Assembly: GCF_018350175.1 (NCBI RefSeq)
Contig: NC_058368.1
Location: forward strand, 94,118,001 to 94,182,000
DNA: 64,000 nt
Direction of reading: 5' to 3'
Source: Felis catus
Taxonomy: Eukaryota
The position numbers were made by a program, and so were the translations under genes. Positions 50,349 through 61,174 of this stretch are shown here, in pieces (the stretch's first letter is position 1; every line of letters begins with the position of its first letter). Below the pieces are notes generated by a model. It was not told where the DNA came from, did not search any database, and saw nothing but the letters and a program-made list of their open reading frames with translations.

Positions 50349-51780
50349 CTTAGGGGGGCTCAAGATTGGAAAACAGGGGAAGAGACAAGGAAGTATTGAC
50401 AGAAATCATTATAGGGAAGAAGGAAACCCTATGTTTTAGATTATTTATTTATTTATTTATTTAGAGACAGGGTGAGTGGGGAAGGGGCAGAGAGAGGGAG
50501 AAAGAGAGAATCCCAAGCAGGCACCACACTGTCAGCACAGAGCCTGATGTGGGGCTCGAACTCACGAACTTTGAGATCATGACCTGAAACTAAATCAAGA
50601 GTCAGATGCTTAACCAACTGAGCCACCCAGGCACCTTCAGTGTTAAAGCTATTCTTCAAAGTGTCGGCCTTGAACTATTTCCTCCAACCCTGTTCTAATT
50701 TCTATCCCTGTTTTTATTATATGATTTTATGAGTTCTTGTTAGAGTCCACTCCCAATCGTGAGTACAGTGAAGACGAATATTAGTACCTTAATCAACAAA
50801 TCAACAACCCACCAATGCTTAAATTAAACCAAACTGACATAGAAAATGCAATCTTGATTATACCTTACCGGTAATTTAGAGTATTGAGGTTATAGTAACT
50901 ATATTAATATCTGTAGCTATTTAATATTCTAAAACAATAACTTACTAGGGGTGCCTGGGTTAAATGTCCGACCCTTGATTTTGGCTCAGGTCATGATCTC
51001 ACAGTTCATGGGTTTGAGTCCCGCCTCGGGTTCTGCACTCACAGTGGGGAGCCTGCTTAGGATTCTCTCTCGCCCTCTCTCTCTCTCTGCCCCTCCCCTG
51101 CTCATGCTCTCTCTCTCTCCCAAGATAAATAAATGAACATTAAAAAACAAAATAAAACAATAACTTACTAGCCAATACCATAATAATATTGTGAAGCAAA
51201 GAGAAATGACATGTTGGGTTTCATGCAAAAATTTGGCAATATATCCCCACCTCCACAGTTGGGTAGCCAATGGAATAGGAGTAGTTAAAAATAATAATCA
51301 CGGGGCATCTGGGTGGCTCTGTTGGTTAAGCGTCCGAATGCGGCTCAAGTCATGATCTCCCATTCATGAGTTCGACCCCTGCGTCGGGTTCTTTGCTGAC
51401 AATGTGGAGTCTGCCTTGGATTCTGTGTCTCCCTCTCTTTGTCCCTTCCCTGCTCATGCTCTGTCTCTCTGTCTCTCTCTTAAAAATGAATAAAACATTA
51501 GGGGTGCCTGAGTGGCTCAGTCAGTTAAGCATCTGACTTTGGCTCAGATCATGATCTCGCAGTTCGTGAGTTTTGAGCCCCCCACCCCCACCCCCCGCCA
51601 GGCTCTGTGCTGACAGCTCAGAGCCTGGAGCCTGCTTCAGATTCTGTGTCTCCCTCTCTCTCTGCCCCTCCCCCTGCCTGTGCTCTGTCTCTCACTCTGT
51701 CTCTGGAAATAATAAACATTAAAAAAAAGAATACAACATGAAAACAATAACAATAATAATAATTGTAACAATGATAACTC

Positions 51781-52272
51781 TACATCTTCCTTGACTTACA
51801 TTGAAGCACTGTCCTGATAAACCCATCAAAAGTTGAAAATATTGAAAGTCAGAATAGATTTAATACACCTAACCTACTGAACATCATAGCTTAGCCCAAC
51901 CTACCTTAAAAATGCTCGGAACACATTAGTCTACAGTCGGGCAACATCATCTAACTCCAGGCCCGTTTTAGCATAAAGTGTTGAATACCTTATATGATGT
52001 ATTGAACACTGAACTGAAAGTGAAAAACAGGTGGTTGTCTGGTACAGAATCGTTCGAAGTTGTTTACCATCATGATTGGGTGGCTGCCTGGGAGTCTCAG
52101 CTCGTTGCTGCCCAGTATCGCGGGAGACTATCATACCCGTACCGCTAGCCCGGGAAAAGATCGAAATTCAAAATTTGAGGCATGGTTTCTATTGAATGTG
52201 TATCGCTCTCACATCAACGTACAGTTGAAAACTCGTAGGTCAAACCCTCGCAAGTTGAGGACCATCTATGTA
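51781..52272. mobile_element. Tigger3/MER7-like Tc1-mariner non-autonomous element
   Basis: Degenerate terminal inverted repeats (catcttccttgacttac / gcaagttgaggaccatct) and internal aatacacctaacctactgaacatcatagcttagcc. Confidence 0.8.
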
Positions 52273-52899
52273 GGTGTTACGTCCTTAGAGTCTTTTTAAG
52301 TTCTTACAACAGCTGTGAACTAAATGTCATCACATCCATTTTGTAGACGCGGATTGTGAAAACGTAGAGATTAAGTACCCTCAGTAATGGGTACACATGG
52401 AGACCAAAGCCAAATCGGGCTGACTCCAAAGTCTGGACCATTCACCTCTACAGCCATGGTATCTGTCACCTGGAACTCTGAGACAGCATGCAACTGTGAC
52501 AATAATTGTCTGTATCATTGACAAACTCTCTCACGGTTCACAAAGTTCTTTCAAATTCATTGGTTCAGTTTTTTGTTTGTTTGTTTGTTTGTTTGTTTGT
52601 TTTTTTCAGTTTGAGACAGAGCTGGTGGTGACGGGCAGAGAGAGAGGGAGAATCTTAGGCTGGCTCCACACCGAGCATGGAGACCAAGGCCGGGCTTGAT
52701 CCCACAACCCAGGGATCATGACTTGAGCTGAAATCAAGAGTTGGACGCTCAACCAACTGAGCCACCCAGGCACCCTAGCTGCATGATTCTTTACATGAGG
52801 GCCAGCAGTTAAGATATAATCATGTCCTCACTTTCCAGATGAGCTAACAGAAGACCAGAAAGGTCATCTGACTTTCCCAGGATTATTAACAAGAACTGC

Positions 52900-53520
52900 A
52901 AAGTTATGGAAATCCCCAAGACCACTTCGGACAACAATTGCGAGTTCAGGGGTCTCAGGTTTGATGATTCCCTGGGAGGACTCATAGAATTCCCTGGAAG
53001 CTGTTATATTTGTGGCTGTGGTTTGTTACAACGAAAGGGTACAGAGTAGAATCAGCTAGGACGAGAGGCACACGGGGCAGACTCCAGGAGAGGCCCATGA
53101 ATGGTGAGCCGTGACCAGTGATTTGTTCAGGCAACAGTATGTCACAATACACATGGGGTAGTGCCAACAAAGGCCGAGTCTTCATGTCCAGAGTTCTTAC
53201 TGGACCTTGGTCACATAGACACCGTTGAGTCTGACCTTTTAAGTTTTATCGTAAGGTCTGAGCACCTCTGATCTAAAGAGGAAAAAAAAAAAAAAAAGGC
53301 AGAAATCTGCTATAGACTCTATTGAGTTTTCATGTAGGTTTGGGGCTGTCTTATGGAAAACATAACCGGCGTCCTCATTTTGAGTCAAGACCAGAAGAGA
53401 GAGGAGAGAAGATGAAGGAGTTAAGAATGGAGTCAGAGAAGATTCCAGCGGCAGGGGGCAGGGGGGCCCTCCTGGAATCTGACAGCATGCCCTCAAGCCC
53501 AGACAGTAGCAAGTTGTAGG
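52900..53520. mobile_element. MER21-like LTR
   Basis: ccccaagaccac...tcaggtttgatgattc...ggactcatagaa...ggtttgttacaacgaaagggtacaga. Confidence 0.6.
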
Positions 53521-53536
53521 GTGCTAGATGTTTTGC

Positions 53537-53597
53537 CTTTTCAATCTTTTGTTTCTCTTGACAATGACTTCTCAGAGAAGTCTCTCTGCTGGAGTGC
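53537..53597 (-). pseudogene. Pseudo-exon HSSRETSLRSHCQEKQKIEK
   Basis: Very strong acceptor ctatttttttctatttgctgttgcag|; the donor is degraded to AAG|gcaaaa. Phase 2->0. Confidence 0.6.
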
Positions 53598-53693
53598 CTG
53601 CAACAGCAAATAGAAAAAAATAGAGGAGAGAAAATGATTTGTTTTCTTCCATTCTCCAAAGGTTCAACAGAAGGCAGGACCAACTAACATGAC

Positions 53694-53817
53694 CTTGGCA
53701 CAAAGACAAAGAACATCTGGTTCAGCGGTCACACTTGTGATTCTATAAACACAATGAATCCTGGGTCAGGTAGGATGTGGCTTTTTGGGTACTGATGAAT
53801 GGATCTTTATCAGCAGC
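53694..53817 (-). pseudogene. Pseudo-exon ...SIHQYPKSHILPDPGFIVFIESQV*PLNQMFFVFVPR
   Basis: Acceptor ttctgtccctag| and donor AAG|gtcatg. Phase 1->2 is compatible on both sides. Confidence 0.65.
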
Positions 53818-54072
53818 CTAGGGACAGAATCTGAAAGGTGCCAAGTGTGGATAACGGGACACAGCTGGATTGAGGGAGAAGCTAACTTTGCTGTTCTCTA
53901 GAACAATCAAGAAAATGTCTGGAATTCATAAATAACAGTGGTGCGGGGTGGGGGGGGGGCGGGGGGTAGAGCACAAATGGCCAGAAATGGCCAGAAAGCA
54001 GAAATCCCTCTGCTTGACGTCTAGCAGAGTCTGCGGAATTTGTGTGGGTTATTCGAGAAATTCTTGTGGTAC

Positions 54073-54188
54073 TTATGATATATTCAGGCAGTATTTTCCA
54101 GAGCTCCGTTTGCCTTCCAGATGCTAACGACTGTTGGATGCAACGCGTATGCAGGAGATTTTAAATGGGTTTTCCTTTCACATGGTCT
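54073..54188 (-). pseudogene. Pseudo-exon DHVKGKPI*NLLHTRCIQQSLASGRQTELWKILPEYII
   Basis: Acceptor cacccccag| and donor TAA|gtacca. KGKPI...LW recurs at the 30385/29223 junction. Confidence 0.65.
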
Positions 54189-54417
54189 CTGGGGGTGTTT
54201 GAAAGTGAGTACCCTAACCAGAAGTATGCTGCAGGGAGGCACTAAATGCCCAGCCCCTTTTCTGCTCAGGAGACATGGAGATTAATCCCCAGTGCCCACG
54301 TGCCTCCCTGACACCGGCCAGACCCCAGAGAGGGTGAAGAGCGTTCAGCGGCGCTGGCCACTGAGGCTGAGCTAGGCCCCAGAAGGCTTTGTTGTCTTTT
54401 ACCTCTGCCTCTTTTAC

Positions 54418-54541
54418 CCTTCCCGGTCCTCAAGGGCTCTGGCCACAGTTTGCTCAGTCTCTCAGCAGCCTCAGAAGCAGCCAGTAGAGAAAACCGTCAG
54501 AGCCTCAGCCACATGTGGAGAGACTCAGCCAAGTACACAGC
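54418..54541 (-). pseudogene. Pseudo-exon starting LCTWLSLS
   Basis: Acceptor tattctccag| and donor AGG|gtaaaa (alternative at 54403). Matches LCAWLDLA in the 30385-30655 exon. Confidence 0.6.
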
Positions 54542-54669
54542 CTGGAGAATACTAAGCATGCCTGGGTGTGTTCTAGCACTCAGCCACCAGCCTGCCCCTC
54601 ACACAGCCCTCTGACGGCAGAAGTATAGTCTGGGATAGTGAGAAAAGAGGACCTGGGCTGGTGGTTTCT

Positions 54670-55086
54670 TTTTCTTTAAACAATTTTTTATTTTTATTTT
54701 ATGTATGTATGTATGTATGTATGTAATTTTTTAAATTGACATCCAAGTTAGTTAGCATATAGTGCAACAATGATTTCAGGAGTTGACTCCTTAGTGCCGC
54801 TTACCCACTTAGCCCACCCCCCCCTCACAACCCCTCCAGGAACCCTCTGTTCTCCATATTTATGAGTCTCTTCTGTTTTGGCCCCCTCCCTGTTTTTAGA
54901 TTATTTTTGTTTCCCTTCCCTTATGTTCCTCTGTTTTGTCTCTTAAAGTCCTCATACGAGTGAAGTCATACTATATTTGTCTTTCTCTGACTGACTAATT
55001 TCACTCAGTATAATACCCTCCAGTTCCATCCACGTAGTTGCAAATGGCAAGATTTCATTCTTTTTGATTGCCAAGTAATACTCCAT

Positions 55087-55128
<42 letters not shown>

Positions 55129-55366
55129 ACATCTTCTTTATCCATTCATCCATCGATGGACATTTGGGCCCATTCCATACTTTGGCTATTGTGGATAGTG
55201 CTGCTATACACATGGGGGTGCATGTGCCCCTTCGAAACAGCATACCTGTATCCCTTGGGTAAATACCTAGTAGTGCAATTGCTGGGTCGTAGGGTAGTTC
55301 CGTTTTTAGTTTTTTGAGGAACCTCCATACTGTTTTCCAGAGTGGCTGCACCAGCTTGCATTCCCA
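54670..55366 (-). mobile_element. Relatively young carnivore L1 3' end, 5'-truncated
   Basis: ORF QPLWKTVWRFLKKLKTELPYDPAIALLGIYP...FIAALSTIAKVW-like, with 3' UTR and A-rich tail. Confidence 0.92.
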
Positions 55367-55759
55367 TTATTTTATATCTATTTATTTTAGAGAGAGAGAC
55401 AGAGTGCGAGCAGAGGAGGGGCAAAAGAGAAAAAGACAGAATCTGAAGCAGGCTCCAGGCTCTGGGTTATCAGTCCAGAGCCTGACATGGGGCTCGAACC
55501 CACAAACCTCTAGATCATGACCTGAGCCGAAGTCAGATGTCTAACCAACTGAGCCACCCAGGCACCACTGGGCTGGGGCTTTATAAGCCATCACCATGCT
55601 ATCCACTCTAACCCGGAGGGGTGGGTCTCATTCCTGGCAGCACATTACTATCACCAGCCTGACACAGGGCTTGATCTCAGGAGCATGAGATCATGACCTG
55701 AGCTGAAATCAAGAGTCAGACACTCAAATAACTGAGCCAGCCAGGTGCCCCTAGCTGTA

Positions 55760-56357
55760 TCCAGGGTTATCACATGTAAATTCACGTGTGTCTGTGACCA
55801 CAACCAATGAGCAAAACACTTTCACTCCCACAAGGATTCCTGCGTTGCCTTTCTATAACCACACCGACTCTGCCCAGCCCTCCTCCCTCTCCCCTCGCCC
55901 CTGGCAACCACTAGTCTGTTCTGCCTTTCTAAAACTTTGTCATTTCAAACTCTTCTATAAATGGAATCATACATTATGTAACCTTTTGGGATTGGCTCTT
56001 TTCCCTCAGTGTAATTCCCTGGAGAGTCACCCAAGTTGTCCCGTGTATCAACAGTATTCCATGGTCCAAGAGTGCGACAGTGCACTGAACTATTTTCCCA
56101 CTGAAGAATCTCTGGACTGTTTCCAGATCTTAGCTCTTAGGAATACAGCTGCTACGAGCATTCATATTTGCGCGAACATAAGTTTTCACTTATTTGGAAT
56201 AAATACGCAAGAGAACAATTTATAAGAAACTGGCAAATTATTTTCCCATGTAGCTGTGCCATAGCATATTCCCACCAGCCAAGGGGCCCAAGTTTTCCAA
56301 ATCCTTGTCAGAATTTGATGTTTTCACTATTCTTTTTTTTAATGTTTTTTTATTTTT

Positions 56358-56411
<54 letters not shown>

Positions 56412-56810
56412 CAGTGCCAAATGGGGAAGAGCAGAGAGAGGGAGACACAGGATCCAAAGCAGACTCCAGTCTCCGAGCTGTCAGCACAGAGCCCAACACA
56501 GGGCTCAAACTCATAGACTGCGAGATCATGACCTGAGCCAAAGTTGGACACTTAATCACTGAACCACCCAGGCGCCCTTCACTAATCTTTGTTGAAGCCA
56601 CTCTGATAGTTGTGTAGTGACATAGAACTGTAGTTTTAATTTTTATTTATGTCTAATGACATCGGAAACCTTTTCATGTGCTAGTGGTCATCTGGATGGC
56701 AGTGAAATGTCTGTCATGTCTTTCGTGAATTTTCTAACCAGACTGGTTATTGCTTTTATTGTTGAGTTTTGAGAGTTCTTTATGTATTCTAGATATTAGC
56801 CCTTTGTCAA
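55760..56810 (-). mobile_element. Old L1 3' fragment with an inserted SINE
   Basis: cccctggcaaccactagtctg...aaatggaatcatac...gagttctttatgtattctagata. Confidence 0.8.
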
Positions 56811-57090
56811 GTTCAAGTACCTTTTAGCACGTTACTCATGAAATACAAGATGACATTTTCACTGTGGCAGTGATAGAATAGTAACAAGCAGAAAAATAGG
56901 AAAGTACCGCTCTAATTCCCACTTTCTAATCCCACTCATGCTCCCCAGGGCAACCATTTTCAACAATTTTAGTTCAGATCTCTTTTTAAGCTTCACATGC
57001 ACAAAATCGGCTTGATTGCTATACATTTTTCTGCAACTTACTTTTCTGACTTCACATCTTGCCATGACAGAAAATACACAATTGTGTGAC

Positions 57091-57778
57091 CGTTTCGCCA
57101 ATCATTCAGCTTTCCCATTCTCCTGTAATCCAGAAGAAACAACAAACAACACACCGCATCTCCAGAAATCTGGAAGTTTAGAACACTGCTTCTGTCAGTG
57201 TTTGAAATCTTAGGTTGGAACAGAAATGGGAGAACATTCGGATGAGGACTGCCATGCCAGCTGATGGGAAGAAAGTCTTACACCACCCGTGTGGAGACAA
57301 GAGACTCAATTTCCATTAATGGGCTAACTGGATTCCTTGTCTATTAGAACTACTGTTTCTTCTCCAGTAAAACCACAAAATTGGACACAAAGCTTTCTCG
57401 GTGCCTTGCCATTTAAAAACATTTTTTTTCATGTTTACTTATTTTTGAGAGACCTAGCAGGGGAGGAGCAGAGAGAGAGGGAGACACAGAATCCGAAGCA
57501 GGCTCCAGGCTGAGCTGTCGGCACAGAGCCCGACGTGGGGCTCGAACACATGAACCGTGAGATCATGACCCGAGCCGAAGTCGGACGCTTAACGGACTCA
57601 GCCACCAGGTGCTCTGTGCCATGCCCCTTTTAACATACAGCCACTCAGTTCTCCATGGAGGGGAAGCAGGGTCTAGGGTCTAGTGCAGAATATCGATGGC
57701 TATGCTCCCTTTTTTTTTCTACCCATCCACAATAGAAACCGACTCCAGGCCAAAAAATGAGCCATTCTCTCTCACTGC
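57091..57778 (-). pseudogene. Three small candidate pseudo-exons: 57723-57778, 57282-57340, 57091-57122
   Basis: Acceptors tgtttcccag|, ttctaatag| and tttcttctggattacag|; donors gtagaa, gtaaga and gtcaca (weak). GSFFGLESVSIVDG/GEWES resembles GNFGSVSSEHIVPLGTWNS. Confidence 0.45.
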
Positions 57779-58239
57779 CTGGGAAACATGTATTTCCAAG
57801 TGGAAATTTGAGACCCATGCAGTCTGTAATATAAGTGAAACTCGAGAAGAAAGATTTTTGTTCTCTGAGCTGCTCTGCTCTATGCATGGTAATCATACAT
57901 AGAGGGCTCTAAAAACTTCAGTATCAGGAAGTGGTCCAAACACTGGGCATTCTTGCCCTGTGGCTGATTAATGCCTTCTGAAAACTTCCACCAAGGGAGA
58001 AAACCTGCAGGACAAGGTGGACTCCTATGAAAAGAGCAGAGTATCCACCAAAGAAGGTGCTTGCAAGCAAGCCTGATATTTCAAAGCTGTTCTCCTGGCC
58101 TTGCAGGGTGTTTAATTACAGACGAGCAGGGAGGTGAGACGGATGAGCCAGGGTTAACGGAGGCAAAAATGTCAAGCAGCCTGGGACTGAGCGCTGGACA
58201 CTCTGGCAATCAACTCAGTCCTGCCCCTTTCCCCGTTGC

Positions 58240-58406
58240 CTGACATTTTGTCATTTGCTGAGTGGATGATCACAACCTCTGTGATGGGTTGACCTGACCT
58301 TGACTGAGAACGTTTGGTTTCCGTGATGTCATGAGGACAACTGCGAACGTCTGTCACCCGCACAGAGCCTTTTAAAGGACAAGGTGGGGCAAGAGCTGCT
58401 AACATC
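58240..58406 (-). pseudogene. Candidate first coding exon MLAALAPPCPLKGSVRVTDVRSCPHDITETK...
   Basis: Acceptor ttctcacgttttcctag|G ATG, open frame (ORF 58172..58438), donor degraded (CAG|gcaacg). Confidence 0.4.
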
Positions 58407-58449
58407 CTAGGAAAACGTGAGAAGCTCTTGTGTTCCATGTTGTGTGGTT

Positions 58450-59200
58450 AGTAAGTCCTGAAATGCTAACCGTCGTGCTCCAACAGTCCTACATAATGAA
58501 CATAGGTTGTCTCGAGTTGGCTCGGTGTTTCTTCCTTCTGTGTGGAACATACCACATTAAGCTCGCAGGGAAAGTTATTGGCAAACATCGCCTCTATTTT
58601 TAACGAAAGGCAAGCTGCTGCAGATCAGGCCAGATGCTTGGCTAAAAACTGCCTGCCTGTGTTCCAATCGCTTAATATACAACCGCTTGCAATACTGAAG
58701 TCCTCAGTATTTGCTTGTTCTTCTGGCCTGCCCTCCGGCTATAGGCATGAATTTGCCTGTGTTGGATTTTTTTTTTTTTTTTTTTTTAGATAATTCCCTT
58801 TTTAGATAATTATCCCTTAGAAAATTCCCAACCCAAACACTGAAGAAGTCAAGAGTTACTCAGGAACTGGCTGCTTTTGGAAGCTGACAAAAAGTGTTGC
58901 TAGGGGGCAGCAATTGGACTTTTTGAGGGGGAAGAGCCGTTAGGTCAGAACATGTATTTGTTAAAAGGGTTTGGGGACTGGGTGGGGGGACATGGTGAGT
59001 GGACACGGTAGGTCTTTAAGAAGGGTGAGACAAGAGCTTGAAAACATCTGTCCCCTAACGTTTTAATTGAGCTTCCAGCTCATTTGGAAAATTCTGGATA
59101 CAGAAAAAGTACTCCTATGAATGCCACCGCAATTTCCATCTCCAAAATGTAGAATAATTTCATGTTTAACTCGACGTCAGGAAAATGTTTGAATGTTTTT
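58450..59200 (-). promoter_or_regulatory. Candidate promoter / non-coding first exon of the minus-strand gene
   Basis: Repeat-free and visibly richer in CpG than its flanks. Donor GTG|gtatgt at 58552/58553, a CCAAT motif, several YAACNG motifs and a CRE-like cgacgtca near 59173. Confidence 0.3.
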
Positions 59201-59991
59201 CCTTATCGTTTTCTAGCGCTAACTGATTTCAAATCATCAGTTAGTTCAGAATAAAAGAGGAAATGATCACGTCTGATTATTCTTAAGAATTAATTGCAAA
59301 AACAGACTTTTTGTTGCTATTGTTGCCTGTAAAGTAATTCAATGGCATTCATTCTTAAGAATCTGATTTGTATTTCTCACATCCTTTTCCCCATTTTCTT
59401 TTGTTAAAAACTTACCTGCAGGCACCTGGGTGGCTCAGTCGGTTGAGCATCTGACTCTTGATTTCAGCTCAGGTCATGATCTCGCAGTTCATAGGTTCGA
59501 GCCCTGCATCAGGCTCTGCCCTGACAGTGTAGAGCCTGCTTGGGATTCTCTCTCTTTTCATTTTTCTCTGCCACTCCCACATGCTCTCTCTCCCTCTCTC
59601 TCAAAATAAATAAATAATAATTTTAAAAAACGTACCTGTTCTTCAAGGTCTTGGCTCAAATGCCACTCTCTTTCCTCATACGTTTCTCCTTTCCCGTGGC
59701 ACACAGATGATTTTGTCTTCGGTAGGTAATTTTAATTTTAATCTTACCTGCTGTAAAGTAAGTTCTGTAAGACCTCATCTGTCTCATTTGCTGCTATGTC
59801 TCAGGGTCTAGAATAGGTGCCCAGAAAATAATTGTTTCCCCACTTCCTCGTCTTTGCCACTAAACTTTATTTAGAGTCGCCCTACAGACTGCTGAACCAT
59901 TACAGCCCTGCTCAGCCAACCCAGAAAAATCTCCAAACTGCAGCAGATATACCCCAGGTGTACTCAGGATGGTCCACTGGGGTAAGGGAAC

Positions 59992-60476
59992 ATGATGGTT
60001 AATTTCATGTGTCCAGCATGGCCAGACTCTTCTGCCCAGATGACTTGCTCAAATGTCAGTCTAGATGTTCCTATGAGGGTTTTGGGGTTTTTTTTCTAAG
60101 TAGGCTTCATACCCATTGTGGAGTCCAACATGGGGCTTGATTTCAGCACCCTGGCTCAACACCTGAGCTGAGATCAAGAGTCTGATGCTTAACCCCTGAC
60201 CTGTGCCCTGTTATGAGGCTGCCCTGTTATGAGGGTATTTTTGAGATGTGAGCAACATCTAAATCAGTAGACTGTGACTAAAGCAGATTACCCTCCATTC
60301 CATGATGAAGGTTGGCCCCATCCAATCAGCTGAAGGCCTTACAAAATAAAAAAGAATGAAGAAAGAATTCTGCATCCGCAATGCCTTTCAACTCAAGATT
60401 GTAATATCAATTCTTCCTTACTAGACTCTTGCCCTATGACATTCAGACCTGTCAGTCCCCCCAACTGTGTGGGCCA
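59992..60476 (+). mobile_element. MLT2-type (ERV-L) LTR with an inserted SINE
   Basis: tgatggttaatttcatgtgtc...agcagattaccctccat...ccatccaatcagctgaaggcct. Confidence 0.8.
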
Positions 60477-61174
60477 GAAACTAGGGTTGGACTTCTAAGT
60501 ATTAAGTCTGGCTACATGTTGATATGTCATTAAAATGAGGATGTTTTTATTTTTTAACTAGAAATCTAACAATGTAGGATCTCCCCAGGAGTTATATGCA
60601 ATGCTGTACCTCAGAAGAGGCTCCCAAAGACAATAGGAAAGTTTTTCTCTGCCATATAGTATTTATGATATTATTCACGCAGAGGTTGGGTCAAAGAGCA
60701 TACCCTTTTTGAGTCTGTTCATAGTTTCCGCTGAGACTATTTCTTGAGGAAAATATGAGCTCCATACATAACTGTCAGTTTTGTCCCAAATATATTATAC
60801 TTACATTTTAAGGAATAAGTTCTTACTCTAGAAAAATGAACACATTAAAATGTGGTATAGTGAAAAGAGCTTGAGCCTTGAATTCAGAGCAGTCTGGATT
60901 GAAATTCCAGTTCACCATTTCCCTGCCATGTAATCTTGGGCACGATGTCTAACTTCTGTGAATCTAGGTACCCACATGATGTTAAAACTTTTGGTTTCAT
61001 TTTTTTGGGGACTCAGTGAGATAATATATGTACCATTCAGCTTAGACACAAAATGGCCTCCTCACTTCAACTAAAATTTTAACCCCCAAACATGATCTAG
61101 CCTTCTACATTCTTTATGTTTTTCTTCATTGCATTTCTTATTTATTTACTTTATTATCTGTCTCTTTGACTACA

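Larger units (their letters stand above)
2340..58406 (-). pseudogene. Large decayed multi-exon (unprocessed/unitary) pseudogene, putative divergent GREB1-family protein; continues beyond the left edge of the window
   Basis: A chain of about 35 non-repeat segments is bounded by minus-strand polypyrimidine-AG acceptors and GT (or degraded) donors, often phase-compatible. Translations are protein-like but contain stops, many of them TGA. Internal protein repeats recur across distant exons. Motifs PVTTADLKIFAS, FITGRYRA and EGKIDLL resemble recalled GREB1 PVTSAQLPWLAS, AVTGKYQA and EGDIDIL. Confidence 0.8.
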
